A stretch of DNA of 64,000 bases from Spirochaetia bacterium (GCA_963666985.2 CAXXIA010000002.1:1152001-1216000), one strand, 5' to 3'; counted from the first letter of the stretch, positions 47,917-58,401 are shown. Numbers and translations are program-made. The notes: a model not told the origin generated them from the letters alone.

Positions 47917-48723
47917 TTATTCGTGAGCTTCCAGCTGACGCCGGTCCAGCTCTATGAAGAAACTCGACCGATCCCCTCTGTACCAGGCTTTTGAATATTC
48001 CACGCATCGGCCGGAATCAAGATATCCGTGCGTTTCAATGTATTGAATCGGCACTCCGACGGCGATTCCCAATATATGAGACTCTGCCGTCTCGGAATAA
48101 ACCGCTTCCATCCGACGGGTGGCGCGAACCATGGGCAGTTTATAAACATGCTCTATCGTATGACGAAGCGCCACCAGCTCCACCGCATGATCTTCCAGGC
48201 CAGGAAGAAGATCCGCGGGAAGAAAGGTAACGACGGTCATTAAAGAGATTCCATTCGTCGACCGTTTGCGCTGAAGGCGGTAAACCTCTTCTTTCGGCGG
48301 GATTCCAAGCTGAGCGGCGATTATTTCATCCGCTTCTTCCCGTTTGAAATCCAAAATCTCCGTTTCCGACGATCGGCCCGCGGAACGCATTTCATGATCG
48401 AAAGTCTGAAAGGTCATTCTGAAATCCCGCCGTACGCGCGAAGCCGTTACAAAGGTTCCCCGGCCGGCCGTCCGTTCAACAAGGCCCTCCTGCACCAACT
48501 CGGCTATCGCCTGCCGAATGGTGGGACGGCTGACGGAAAAAAGCTCGCACAGCTGTGTTTCAGCGGGAAATGAATCGCCTTCATTACAGCGGGCTATATA
48601 GCGAAGAAGAATTTGCTTGATTTGATAATACAGAGGAATGGGACTGTCTTTATCGAGAGATGCCGAAAACGACTCCGAAAAAACGGGTGAGTCGGCAATA
48701 CTCAAATCACAGGTGTCGGACAT
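47917..48723 (-). CDS. GntR family regulator (HutC/UTRA subfamily)
   Basis: PLYYQI, P.E..L...F.VSR.TIRQA...L, GRGTFV; UTRA C-terminus ending YRGDR. Confidence 0.9.
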   Translation of the reverse strand: MSDTCDLSIADSPVFSESFSASLDKDSPIPLYYQIKQILLRYIARCNEGDSFPAETQLCELFSVSRPTIRQAIAELVQEGLVERTAGRGTFVTASRVRRDFRMTFQTFDHEMRSAGRSSETEILDFKREEADEIIAAQLGIPPKEEVYRLQRKRSTNGISLMTVVTFLPADLLPGLEDHAVELVALRHTIEHVYKLPMVRATRRMEAVYSETAESHILGIAVGVPIQYIETHGYLDSGRCVEYSKAWYRGDRSSFFIELDRRQLEAHE

Positions 48724-48742
48724 CTCATGAACAATAGAAGTA

Positions 48743-49396
48743 TTACCGGCCAAGCGCAAGAAGAGGGGGCAATGAATAAACATCCGTTACGCCGTCGACA
48801 AGGATTCCCCCCAGTCCGATTGAAAGAGCCGGTTCTATATCAACTTCATACCGATCACCGACGCTGACCGCTTTGCGCGGATCACAGTCCAGGGTTTCCA
48901 GCGCAAACCGAAAAACATCGGGATTCGGTTTTGATTTCATCGTGGAATCCAGACCGACAACATGCTGAAAAAACCGGTCGACTCCGAGAATCGCAAGTGT
49001 TTCGCGGCCGATTTTCACGGGATTATTGGTTACGGCCATTATCCGGTAGAGGCCGGATAATTCCTCAATGGTCTTTACGAGAAACTCGTCTTTTTTGAGA
49101 AATGATTCCGGATGAATAAGGTCTTCCCGCCAAGCGACACTGGTTTCAATGGGAACGCCCAGCGCGGCAAAAATATTCCCAAGGCTCCGGCAGCCGTTAT
49201 CTTCTCTTTCTTCATGATCCGCTCGGCATCGCCGAATCTTTTCCTGAGCTTCTTTAAAAGTCAGTGATAGTTCTTGAGCGAGACGCCCGATTAAGACATC
49301 AATCTGATGCCGTGCATATATTTCATTATCATAAAGAGTTTTATCTATATCAAAAATGATTCCTTCAATCCGGGAAGGAAGAGAAAAAACGCGCAC
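48743..49396 (-). CDS. HAD-superfamily hydrolase
   Basis: FDIDKTLY, VTN, KP.P, VGD..EVD. Confidence 0.9.
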   Translation of the reverse strand: MRVFSLPSRIEGIIFDIDKTLYDNEIYARHQIDVLIGRLAQELSLTFKEAQEKIRRCRADHEEREDNGCRSLGNIFAALGVPIETSVAWREDLIHPESFLKKDEFLVKTIEELSGLYRIMAVTNNPVKIGRETLAILGVDRFFQHVVGLDSTMKSKPNPDVFRFALETLDCDPRKAVSVGDRYEVDIEPALSIGLGGILVDGVTDVYSLPPLLALGR

Positions 49397-49402
49397 TGAC
49401 GT

Positions 49403-49430
49403 AGTATAGGGAAAGAAGAAGAACTGTCAA
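49403..49430 (-). promoter_or_regulatory. Sigma70 promoter abutting the HAD start codon (leaderless candidate)
   Basis: TTGACA-16nt-TATACT-6nt-GTG. Confidence 0.7.
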
Positions 49431-49572
49431 AGAGTAAAAACAATAAAAGACGAAAACGAAAAGAATCCGCGAAACCTGATTACGGCGGCCCGGATCCGCG
49501 CGTTTCTGATTTCCGATTCTTATGGAATCGGCCGGCGTCTTACCCATCATAAGAACACCGGCGTTTCCTCGG

Positions 49573-50586
49573 TTACAGCCTGATCTTTTCTCCATTCCGT
49601 GCCGATTGAATCTCGGCCAGAACGACTTCCAGAGATTCGGCAGCGGTTTCGGGGGTAACGATTCTCGGTTCCGAACCCGACGCGATGCATTCCACGAAAT
49701 CCTTAAGCTCGTAATAGTAGCCGTCGTTGGAATCCAAATCCACCGCGATCCTTTCGCCTTCCTGAGGATGTATGGTGAATAAGGGCTGTTTCGAGGAATC
49801 CATTTCCAAAACGGCCTTCTCCAGAACAACCAAGGCTCTCATGGTAAAGCCGAAACTGTCGGAACAAACCCAGTTCCCCACCGACGTAACACTCTTATCG
49901 GGATAATCATAAATACTGGCGATATGACCGTAGGAATCGTCTTTTCCGGCACTTCCGGATGAAGTCACACCCGTGGGACGGCCGAACCAATTAAGAACCA
50001 TATCAACATCATGAATATGAAGATCAAGGGCGGCATTTCCGGAATTCGCCGGATTCATAATCCAGTTGTCCGTACTCCAGGTAGGGGTTTGAGAATACCG
50101 GGCAAGCTCGGCGCTCACGACTTCGCCATAAGTCTTTTCGGCAATGATTTTCCCCATTTCCACATAAACGGGCCAGAAACGAAGACATTGACCGATGGTC
50201 AGATATTTACCGCTGGATTTTGCCGCGGCCATCATCTCTTTCGCTTCGGCAAGATTCCGAGCCATGGGCTTCTCACAGAATACGTGAAAACCGGCGTCCA
50301 GCGCCCGAATGGTGAAATCCCGATGAAGCTGCGTGGGCAAACAGAGATCGACATAATCGAACTCCCCCCATTCCAGCATTTCTTTATAATTGGAGAACCT
50401 CTTCACATCGGACAAATCGCCTAAACCGCCTTCAATGGCGATATTCCCGGCCTGTCCTTCCTTTAAAGACAAATTATCCGCATTCGTATCGCAAAGAGCG
50501 GCGACTTTTACACCGTCAAGTCGTCCGTAAATGGAAAGATGCATCTTTCCCATGAAGCCCAAGCCCGTTAATGCAACGCGTACCAT
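49573..50586 (-). CDS. Gfo/Idh/MocA family oxidoreductase
   Basis: GLGFMG..H, CLPT.LH, CEKP, RFWP.Y, DLHIHD.D. Confidence 0.92.
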   Translation of the reverse strand: MVRVALTGLGFMGKMHLSIYGRLDGVKVAALCDTNADNLSLKEGQAGNIAIEGGLGDLSDVKRFSNYKEMLEWGEFDYVDLCLPTQLHRDFTIRALDAGFHVFCEKPMARNLAEAKEMMAAAKSSGKYLTIGQCLRFWPVYVEMGKIIAEKTYGEVVSAELARYSQTPTWSTDNWIMNPANSGNAALDLHIHDVDMVLNWFGRPTGVTSSGSAGKDDSYGHIASIYDYPDKSVTSVGNWVCSDSFGFTMRALVVLEKAVLEMDSSKQPLFTIHPQEGERIAVDLDSNDGYYYELKDFVECIASGSEPRIVTPETAAESLEVVLAEIQSARNGEKIRL

Positions 50587-50593
50587 ACTTTCC

Positions 50594-51436
50594 TCACTTC
50601 ATATTCAGAATCAAATCGACGGCGGCGGCGGCCTTTTCCGGCACACCGGGAGCGGCGGGAACATATTCAACCGTATAAGGTCCCCGATAGCCGATTTCTC
50701 CGAAGGCTTTCATCACTTCCGGATAAGGAACATCACCGGCCAGCAAATCGACAAAACCGTCGAGATTGCCCACGCTCACCCGAAAATCCTTCAAATGAAC
50801 CGCCAAAATCCGTTTTCCCAAAGTGCGAATCCAGTCTTCGGGATGCCCGTAGAGCATAACGTTGCCGACATCGAAATAAGATCCCACCCAGGGAGAATCA
50901 AAAGAATCAATAAAATCTCTCATTTCCACCGGTGAAAGCAAAAAACGATTCCAGACATTTTCAACGCCCAGCTTCACTCCGGCGGCCTCGGCGTGAGGAA
51001 GAAGCGTCTGTACGGCTTCTTTCGCCCGCTTCATCACTTCCAAATAAGGCTGAGGCGCATAATCCGGAACAAAGCAGGCGGAAACCATGCCGGGAAGATA
51101 GAGGAGAGTCTTGCATCCCAACCCGGAAGCGATTTCCAGGGCCCGCCGATAGTCGCCCAGAGCTTTCGAGCGGACCTTCGGATCAGGATGCGTGGGAGAA
51201 GCCCCCCAGGCCATGCCCGAAGCCATGGTCGGCAGAGCCATTCCGAGATCGGCGGCCATATCCTTAATGGCCGAGGCTTCCTTTTCCGTCGTATCCGGAT
51301 GAACGGCGCTTCCCGGATCCATGGTAAATTCGAATGAATCAAAGCCAAGCGACTTGGCCTTTTCAAGAACGGTTCGGGCATCAAGAGACTTTCCCTGCCC
51401 GTCGGGCAAAAATGCCCAATAATTGATCCCTTTCAT
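50594..51436 (-). CDS. Sugar phosphate isomerase/epimerase (xylose-isomerase-like TIM barrel)
   Basis: ENVWN.FL.SP.E, YFDVGN, VHLKD, GDV. Confidence 0.9.
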   Translation of the reverse strand: MKGINYWAFLPDGQGKSLDARTVLEKAKSLGFDSFEFTMDPGSAVHPDTTEKEASAIKDMAADLGMALPTMASGMAWGASPTHPDPKVRSKALGDYRRALEIASGLGCKTLLYLPGMVSACFVPDYAPQPYLEVMKRAKEAVQTLLPHAEAAGVKLGVENVWNRFLLSPVEMRDFIDSFDSPWVGSYFDVGNVMLYGHPEDWIRTLGKRILAVHLKDFRVSVGNLDGFVDLLAGDVPYPEVMKAFGEIGYRGPYTVEYVPAAPGVPEKAAAAVDLILNMK

Positions 51437-51455
51437 GAACGTAAAACCTCCATCA

Positions 51456-52292
51456 CTATCCCTTCACCGCACCTCCGGCAAGGCCGGAAACAAGCTGCTT
51501 CTCAATAATGTAGAACAGAATCAAAACCGGAATCAGGGCCAAGAAGGCCGCAACGGTCAGCATTTCCCACTGAGTGGACCACCGTCCCACAAACTGATAA
51601 ATCCCCAAAGTCAAAGGCATCTTCGTTTGAGATTTAATAAAAGAAAGCGGGAAAAGAAAATCGTTCCAAGCCTGAATAAACGTATAAATCATCGCCGTTA
51701 CCAGTCCGGGCGCGGCAATGGGTATCATGATTCGCCGCAGGGTACCCAAGCGGGTGCATCCGTCAATCCGGGCGGCTTCTTCAATTTCTTTCGGGATGGA
51801 TGAAAAATAACCGTGCATCAGCCATGTTGTAAAAGAAATACAGAAAACGGTATCCGCGAAAATCAGTCCGATGTACGAATCCAGCAATCCCACCTGAACG
51901 AAAATCTTAAACAGCGAAATGATAACGATTACCGGACTGAACATTTGAATAATCAACAGGAAATAAAGCATGAATTTCCGTCCGGGAAACTTGAACCGCG
52001 AAATGGCATAGGCCGCCGGAACAATAATGATGGTATTTAAAACCGTAGTACCGATTCCGACGATTAAACTGCTCTTGAAATACCCCAAAAGCTGATACTG
52101 TCCCCAAACCTTGGAGAAATTCATGAACGTAAAATCTCTGGGAATCCACGTTGGAGGTTTCTGATAAATTTCCGTACTGGATTTAAACATCGTGGACAGC
52201 ATTACGAAAAAGGGAAACAGCATTATAAATAACAGGACAAGGGCCAGAATAATCATGGGGATTTTCCCCCTATCTCTCCAGCGAGTACTCAT
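51456..52292 (-). CDS. Carbohydrate ABC transporter permease
   Basis: EEAARIDGC EAA motif, WNDF. Confidence 0.93.
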   Translation of the reverse strand: MSTRWRDRGKIPMIILALVLLFIMLFPFFVMLSTMFKSSTEIYQKPPTWIPRDFTFMNFSKVWGQYQLLGYFKSSLIVGIGTTVLNTIIIVPAAYAISRFKFPGRKFMLYFLLIIQMFSPVIVIISLFKIFVQVGLLDSYIGLIFADTVFCISFTTWLMHGYFSSIPKEIEEAARIDGCTRLGTLRRIMIPIAAPGLVTAMIYTFIQAWNDFLFPLSFIKSQTKMPLTLGIYQFVGRWSTQWEMLTVAAFLALIPVLILFYIIEKQLVSGLAGGAVKG

Positions 52293-53188
52293 AAGGATTC
52301 ATCTCCCTTCCCGAAAAACTGTCTTGCATAAAAAAGGCTGAAAGACAGGAGAATAACAAAGGTAAAAACGGCCATAACGGCGGCATTGCTGAATTTAAGC
52401 CACTCAAACCCGTTGGTGTAAATCGATGTAATCAGAATATGGGTTTTACCGGCGGGGCCGCCTTTGGTCAGGATGTATATGGTATTAAAATCATTGAACG
52501 TCCACAGACTGGAAAGAAGCGTGGCGATAAAAAGAATCTGCTTGATGGACGGCAAAGTAATTTTCGTGAACTTCTCCCAGGAATTCACTCCGTCGACATA
52601 GGCCGAATCATAGAGATCCTGAGACACCGATTGAATTCCGGCAAGAAAAACCAAAGCCATGAAAGGAATCCCTATCCAGATATCAACCCATATGGTGGAA
52701 ACAAACGACCATCCGGGCAGTCCCAGCCAAACCGGCGGAGATTGGGTAATGCCCAAATTCCGCAGAGTCTGATTCAGCAGGCCGAACTCGGAATCATACA
52801 CCCACTTCCACAGCATGGCGCTGATGGGAACGGACGAGGCCCAGGGAATAATGAACAACATCCGCATAATCTTTCTGCCCCTGAACTTCTGGTTCAAGCA
52901 GAGGGCGATGGTCATACCGAGCACTGTTTTCACCGTAACGGCAATAACCGTCCAGCTTAAAGATCGTAAAGCGACCGCCCAGAATTCCTTCTGAGACATC
53001 ATCTTGATAAAGTTCTTCAGACCGACCCAGTCTTTAAGCTGTCCAAGTTTATTGGTTCGAAAGAAAGCCATCAGGAAGACATAAATAATCGGATAGAACA
53101 TGAAAACGGCAAGAAAAAGCAATGCCGGAGTTAAAAGAGCATAGGCCAGTCTTACCTCATCGGCTTTATAAAGTATTCGATTTTTCAT
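52289..53188 (-). CDS. Carbohydrate ABC transporter permease
   Basis: LYDSA.VDG, ITLP, LT.GGP. Confidence 0.93.
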   Translation of the reverse strand: MKNRILYKADEVRLAYALLTPALLFLAVFMFYPIIYVFLMAFFRTNKLGQLKDWVGLKNFIKMMSQKEFWAVALRSLSWTVIAVTVKTVLGMTIALCLNQKFRGRKIMRMLFIIPWASSVPISAMLWKWVYDSEFGLLNQTLRNLGITQSPPVWLGLPGWSFVSTIWVDIWIGIPFMALVFLAGIQSVSQDLYDSAYVDGVNSWEKFTKITLPSIKQILFIATLLSSLWTFNDFNTIYILTKGGPAGKTHILITSIYTNGFEWLKFSNAAVMAVFTFVILLSFSLFYARQFFGKGDESL

Positions 53189-53275
53189 TATTTTCTCGGG
53201 GGATTATCAGGTATCTGCGAAATATCGGGACCGCCTCCCGAAAACGGTCGGCGGCCCCTAATACATATGATCAAA

Positions 53276-54520
53276 TTACAAATCGGCCCGCATCTCGTCG
53301 ACTTTCTTCGCGGCGTCGTCAAGAGCCTGCTGGGGAGTTTTCTCCCCCAAGAGAGCAAAGGAGACGGCGTCCCAGATGATATCGGTGGTTTCGGCAAATC
53401 CATTCATGAGCGGCCAGGGCTTGGCGCCGCCGGCGGCTTCATTCAGAGCCTTATACAAATCATTCTGGAATTGGGGAAGTTTGGCGGCGGATTTGGTTAC
53501 CGGCGGGAAGCCGATCAGCTCATCGAACTTGGCCTTCCATTTATCCTGATAGAAGAAATCGATAAATTTTCCCGCGGCGTCGAGACTGTCGGCATCTTTA
53601 AACATGGCGATGGAATCGGTGATAACCAGGGGAGTGGAAGGATGACCGGCAAAACCGGGAATCTGGGCATAGGTGGCCTTGAAATCGGAACCGGCCTGCT
53701 CCATGGCTGATTTCACCCAGGCGCCGATCATGACATAACCGGCATCTCCGGAATAGAACACCGGATGAGCTTCCATGCGGGACTGAGACAGATAACCGTC
53801 GGGAACCAAGCCTTCCTTAGCCAGGGAAACCATGAATTCAAGAGCTTTTACGCCCGCGGCGTTGTTGACGATGCATTTCCCGTAGGAACCGTCGGCGTTC
53901 ATTTCAAAGAAATCGCCGCCGGCCGCATAAAGGTAATAGGCGAAGTCGGTCAGTTCGGTATGCTTCTTGCCCGGCATGATAATGCCGTAGGAGTCGGTAT
54001 CTTTAACGATCCGCTGGGCTTCGGCCTTCATCTCTTCCATGGTTTTGGGAACGACATTGGTAAGAGAATTGTTAACGGTCAGAATACGGGCGCCCGCCGC
54101 GACGGGAAGACCCCAAAGCTTGCCGTTGATAACCGCTTCTTTGGTACCGTCGAAAATGTTGTTCAGCGTGGTGTCGCTTACATAATCCTCGATGGGAACG
54201 ATGGCGTCCATATCAAGAAGCTCCAGCGCCCAGCGGGTTCCGATAATACTCAGCTCGGGAGGATTGCCGCCCGCGATGGAAGTTGTGAGCTTGTCATAGA
54301 GCTGATCCCAGGGAACCGGGACGATATCCAGTTGAACATCCGGATACTCAGCCATGAAGGCGTTTTGGAGATCCATACGATAATCTTCGGTAAGGCCGTC
54401 ATAAAGGGCCCAGAACACCGTAACGGAACTCTTCTCTGCTTCTTTTTTCTTGCATCCGGTAATAAAAAGCATACCGGTCAGAGCCAACAGAGCGAAGAGA
54501 CTCAGAACAATTCTTTTCAT
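53276..54520 (-). CDS. Sugar ABC transporter substrate-binding lipoprotein
   Basis: Lipobox ITGC; SBP_bac_1-like PKT.EE, G.W; SD AAGGAG. Confidence 0.9.
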   Translation of the reverse strand: MKRIVLSLFALLALTGMLFITGCKKKEAEKSSVTVFWALYDGLTEDYRMDLQNAFMAEYPDVQLDIVPVPWDQLYDKLTTSIAGGNPPELSIIGTRWALELLDMDAIVPIEDYVSDTTLNNIFDGTKEAVINGKLWGLPVAAGARILTVNNSLTNVVPKTMEEMKAEAQRIVKDTDSYGIIMPGKKHTELTDFAYYLYAAGGDFFEMNADGSYGKCIVNNAAGVKALEFMVSLAKEGLVPDGYLSQSRMEAHPVFYSGDAGYVMIGAWVKSAMEQAGSDFKATYAQIPGFAGHPSTPLVITDSIAMFKDADSLDAAGKFIDFFYQDKWKAKFDELIGFPPVTKSAAKLPQFQNDLYKALNEAAGGAKPWPLMNGFAETTDIIWDAVSFALLGEKTPQQALDDAAKKVDEMRADL

Positions 54521-54544
54521 TTCCTAATTTCTCCTTCTTTTGTG

Positions 54545-54579
54545 AATGTTACATTAATGTCGATAATTAATGTAACATT
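54545..54579. promoter_or_regulatory. Operator candidate (14-bp perfect inverted repeat)
   Basis: AATGTTACATTAAT-N7-ATTAATGTAACATT between the minus-strand promoter and the SBP RBS. Confidence 0.7.
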
Positions 54580-54608
54580 ACCAAAAACAGTTGGTAATGT
54601 GTGGAATT

Positions 54609-54688
54609 ATTCTATTTCAAGGTAGTTTTTGCTGTCAAGAACCAAATAAAACAACATCTTGACATCCGGGATTTCAAAAATATAAGAT
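54609..54688. promoter_or_regulatory. Back-to-back divergent sigma70 promoters
   Basis: Minus: TTGACA-18nt-TAGAAT (54638-54609); plus: TTGACA(54659) followed by TATAAG/TAAGAT (54681-54688). Confidence 0.6.
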
Positions 54689-54853
54689 ATTTTTATCATT
54701 TGTCATTAACACTTAATTAGTCATGAATAGTCTGAACATGCTGAAAACAATTCATTTCGCCCGCGTTCGGCGACAATTAATTCAAACTTACGGATTGTTT
54801 CCGCAGAACCCGGCATACGGTTTGAGATTCTTATCCTCCGGGAAGAATGTCTC

Positions 54854-56089
54854 ATGAAATATATCCGCATCAATTCCGCGGCGAACGCCAATCTCCAAAA
54901 TATCATCAACACTTCCATCATTTTTCACTATTTGAGGAATAACGGAGCCTCTTACCGATTTGAGATTTCAAAAGCGCTGAAACTCAGCCTGCCGGCTGTT
55001 TCCCGGGCCGTGAATCTGCTCTTGGAAAAAAAGGTTCTTACGGAAAAAAGAATCATTACGGAAACCGGCAAGAAAGCTCACGAAGTGCAGATCAACGCAT
55101 CACTGGGTCTTTGCGTCGGCATCTGCATCGAACTGCCCATTGTTAAATTTTCACGGATGGATATGGCCGGGAACATCCTGGACTTCTACGAAACTTCGCT
55201 CTCTCCGGGAACCGATGATATTCATAAATTCATCATCGAACAGCTCAAACTTTACCTGGGCAAAACGTACGCCCACGACAGCATGATCCTCCCGGTTCTG
55301 GCCGTTTGCCTATCCCTGCCCATGGCCATAGACCAGAGTCACAATACGGTTCACGCGGTCCTCTTCAAACGAATAAAAGCCATGTCTCTGAGGAACGATA
55401 TAGCCGCCGCAATGGGAATCCCCGTACTGATTGAAAACAACGAAAATCTGGCGGCTCTTGCCGAGAAATATTATAAGGAAGGCACGCCGGAAGACTGCTT
55501 CGCGTTTATCACGGTCCATCAGGGAATGGGTGCCGGACTTATCATTAACGGCCTTCTTCATACGGGAAGCAACGGGGCCGCGGGAGAAGTGGGCTGCCAA
55601 AGACTGGTGGATACCCGCAACGGCCGCTTGGCCTCGCCCGACATCTATGAGAATCAGGCAACCATCGACAGAATTCAGAAAATCGCCGTCGAATTAATCC
55701 AAGAAGGGAAAGGGGAAGAAATCTTCCACGCCGCCAATTACGATTACAATTCCATCGATCATATTCTTATCGGCGAGCTGGCGAACAGCGGTTCCGCCGA
55801 GGCTCTGCAGGTACTGGAAATCTATGCCAAGGTATTGGCAATAGGTCTGTCCAATCTCCTGGTAATCGTTAATCCCGAAACACTGGTTCTGGGCGGCGAT
55901 CTCCGAGACATCGTCAATGCGGAGAATCTGGTGGTGGAACCGCTGAGAAAAGCTCTGGAACCGCTTTTGCCGTTCCCTGTTCCCAAAATACGCCTGACTC
56001 GGCTGGGACGGGAAGCCGCCGTCATCGGAGCGGCCCAATACGCCCTGGAAAATACAATATACGGAGAATATCCCTACATACTCGAGTAA
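54854..56089 (+). CDS. ROK family transcriptional regulator
   Basis: N-terminal HTH (SR.EIS..L.LS.PAVS), PVLIEN..N..ALAE, G.GAGLII.G, GAAGEVG, NPE.LVLGG. Confidence 0.9.
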   Translation: MKYIRINSAANANLQNIINTSIIFHYLRNNGASYRFEISKALKLSLPAVSRAVNLLLEKKVLTEKRIITETGKKAHEVQINASLGLCVGICIELPIVKFSRMDMAGNILDFYETSLSPGTDDIHKFIIEQLKLYLGKTYAHDSMILPVLAVCLSLPMAIDQSHNTVHAVLFKRIKAMSLRNDIAAAMGIPVLIENNENLAALAEKYYKEGTPEDCFAFITVHQGMGAGLIINGLLHTGSNGAAGEVGCQRLVDTRNGRLASPDIYENQATIDRIQKIAVELIQEGKGEEIFHAANYDYNSIDHILIGELANSGSAEALQVLEIYAKVLAIGLSNLLVIVNPETLVLGGDLRDIVNAENLVVEPLRKALEPLLPFPVPKIRLTRLGREAAVIGAAQYALENTIYGEYPYILE

Positions 56090-56111
56090 CCAAACGCTCT
56101 GGAGGAGCAAT

Positions 56112-57041
56112 ATGCATAAAATAAGCAAAGTCGCGAAAGACTGGTGGGATTATACGACACTGGACGACGACATTCTTGAAGAAGCCGCAAGGCTTACCGC
56201 CGACGATTTAAAGAAATTGGAAAGGCCGGGATTCCGAATCCGTTTTTTCGAAACTCGCGATGAGTTTTTCCTGGCCGAAGCTCTGGAGTACATCAACGTA
56301 TTCAGAGAATCAACTTCGACACATCCGACGGGATTATGCGGTCCCATCGGACCGACCGAGCAGCTGCCGCTGGTGGCCCAAATTATCAATGAACTTAAGA
56401 TTGACGTCAGAGACGCACATTTTTGGGGAATGGACGAATGGGTTATCGACGGAAAGGAAGTCTCACCGGATCATCCTTTGAGCTTCGCGAAAGCCGATCT
56501 GGAACTCTGCTTCAACCGCATCGATAAAAATCTGAGAATGCCCGACGATCATCTTCATTTTCCAAGCACCGCGGGACTCTCGCGGTACACGGCGCTGTAC
56601 GACGAAGTGGATTGCCTTATGATTCAGGGCGGTCAGGGAGAAACGAAACACTGGGCCTTCAATGATCCGCCGCAGCGAACCGGCGCCTTTAAAGACGAAC
56701 CGCCTTCCGTGGAAGAATACCGGAAACAGAGCGCCAGAATTACCGATCTTCACCCAATGACGATTATTCAAAACGCGCGCACGTCCGGAGGAGGCGTTGT
56801 TTCCGCGGTTCCCACGCAGGCCCTAACCGTCGGGCCGGTTGAAACCTGGAAATCCAAATCGGTGAGTATCTGGCATCCGGGATGGCACGACAATCCTTTC
56901 GGGATGCGTCTTACCGCTCTGATGATTTCACGCGGCATCGCCGATACGCGTGTTCCCATGTCGCTTTTGGCGGATCATGACGACGTGACGTTCAGCTATC
57001 TGCTGCCCAACCTCGGCACCTGCGAAGCCGAAATGCATTAA
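56112..57041 (+). CDS. Glucosamine-6-phosphate isomerase/deaminase-like (NagB superfamily, divergent)
   Basis: [38 protein letters not shown]. Confidence 0.78.
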   Translation: MHKISKVAKDWWDYTTLDDDILEEAARLTADDLKKLERPGFRIRFFETRDEFFLAEALEYINVFRESTSTHPTGLCGPIGPTEQLPLVAQIINELKIDVRDAHFWGMDEWVIDGKEVSPDHPLSFAKADLELCFNRIDKNLRMPDDHLHFPSTAGLSRYTALYDEVDCLMIQGGQGETKHWAFNDPPQRTGAFKDEPPSVEEYRKQSARITDLHPMTIIQNARTSGGGVVSAVPTQALTVGPVETWKSKSVSIWHPGWHDNPFGMRLTALMISRGIADTRVPMSLLADHDDVTFSYLLPNLGTCEAEMH

Positions 57042-57056
57042 GAAACGGAGAGCCTC

Positions 57057-58387
57057 ATGATGAGAGTCGGCTTTGCCCAAATGGAAATAACTCCCGACAA
57101 CGCCGAACCCTTCATGGGGCATCTTAGAGACGACTACACGGCCGATGGTTATCATGATCCGCTCTACTGCAAGGCTCTTGTTCTGGAGAACGATACCTCG
57201 AAGCCCCTTGGATTGATTTCCATGGACCTCTGCATGCTGCCCGGGAACTTGATTCGCAGAATACGAACCGCGGTCCGCGAAACCGCGGGGATACAAGAGG
57301 AGAGGCTGCTGACGGCGGCCACCCATACTCACGCCTCGGCGGCGACATGTTCCCTTTACGGAGCGCCGTCTTCCGGCGAAGAATTCCTGAACGGACTGGT
57401 GAACCTGACCGCCGAATGCTGCCGCCGAGCCGTTTCCGATCTCCGCCCGGCGTCGCTTCGATACGGTGAGGCCAAAGTCCCGGGCATCGCCTATTACAGG
57501 CGGCTCGACGCCGGTAACGGCCGGGTTCGAATGAACTGGGAAAATCCTGAAGAAATCTCGGGCCTCCCGCCCGGAGGGCATCCGGACGAAACCCTTCGTC
57601 TTCTCGCCTTTGAACGCGATTCGGGAACCGGGATGCTGATCAATTTTCCTCTTCATCCGGCCATTCTGGATTATCAGAATCATCTCAGAAGCGCCGATTT
57701 CCCCGGAGATACGGCCCGCCGGATTACAGAAATGCGGAACGAGGAAACCCCGTGCCTGTTTCTCAACGGATTCTGCGGAAACATCAACCATTTGAACCCC
57801 GCCGACGCCGAGCTTCCAGAAGAGGATTCGACGCGGTGGAACGAGTCGGTAAAGCCTTGGCGAACGGAGCCCTGAAAGCCTTGGATTCGGCTCGGGCCGT
57901 TGAAGAGGAACCGCTGCTCCAATCCTGTTTTACGGTGAATCTCAAGAGAATTCACATCAGCCGGGAAAAACAGCAAGCGGACGGTTCGGTTTCCGAAAAC
58001 GATGGAACGGACGGCTTACCCCCGGAACAGGCCCGAGCTCTCCGGGAAGAACTCGCCCGCGTTCAGAACACACCTCTGGCGGCGGAAATCAACGTTCTTC
58101 GCATCGGTTCTCTCGCCCTCGCCGCACTGCCCGGGGAAATATTCACCGAACTCGCCGAGCGCATCAGAACACGATTCGCCGCCGTCAATCCCGATTCGCC
58201 GCTTTTCTGCTCATCCTTATCCAACGGCGCCATCGGATATGTCCCTCATCGGGAAGCATTCGCTCAAGGAGGCTACGAAACGATTCCCGGAGTAACACAA
58301 ATCGCACCCGGCCAGGGAGAGGTTCTCGCCGATGCCGCCGAAGAGGCGCTGGAACGACTCTTTACCGAAATCCATACAAAAATCTGA
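57057..58387 (+). pseudogene. Neutral/alkaline ceramidase-like amidohydrolase split by a single-base frameshift near 57817 (pseudogene or assembly indel)
   Basis: ORF1 57057-57875 (HDPL..ALV, ATHTHA, HP, SAD.PG, G.CGNIN) continues in ORF2 frame (RRGF..VE.VG, PGEIF, NG..GYVP..AF..GGYE). Confidence 0.8.
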
Positions 58388-58401
58388 AACGAAAAGGAAG
58401 A

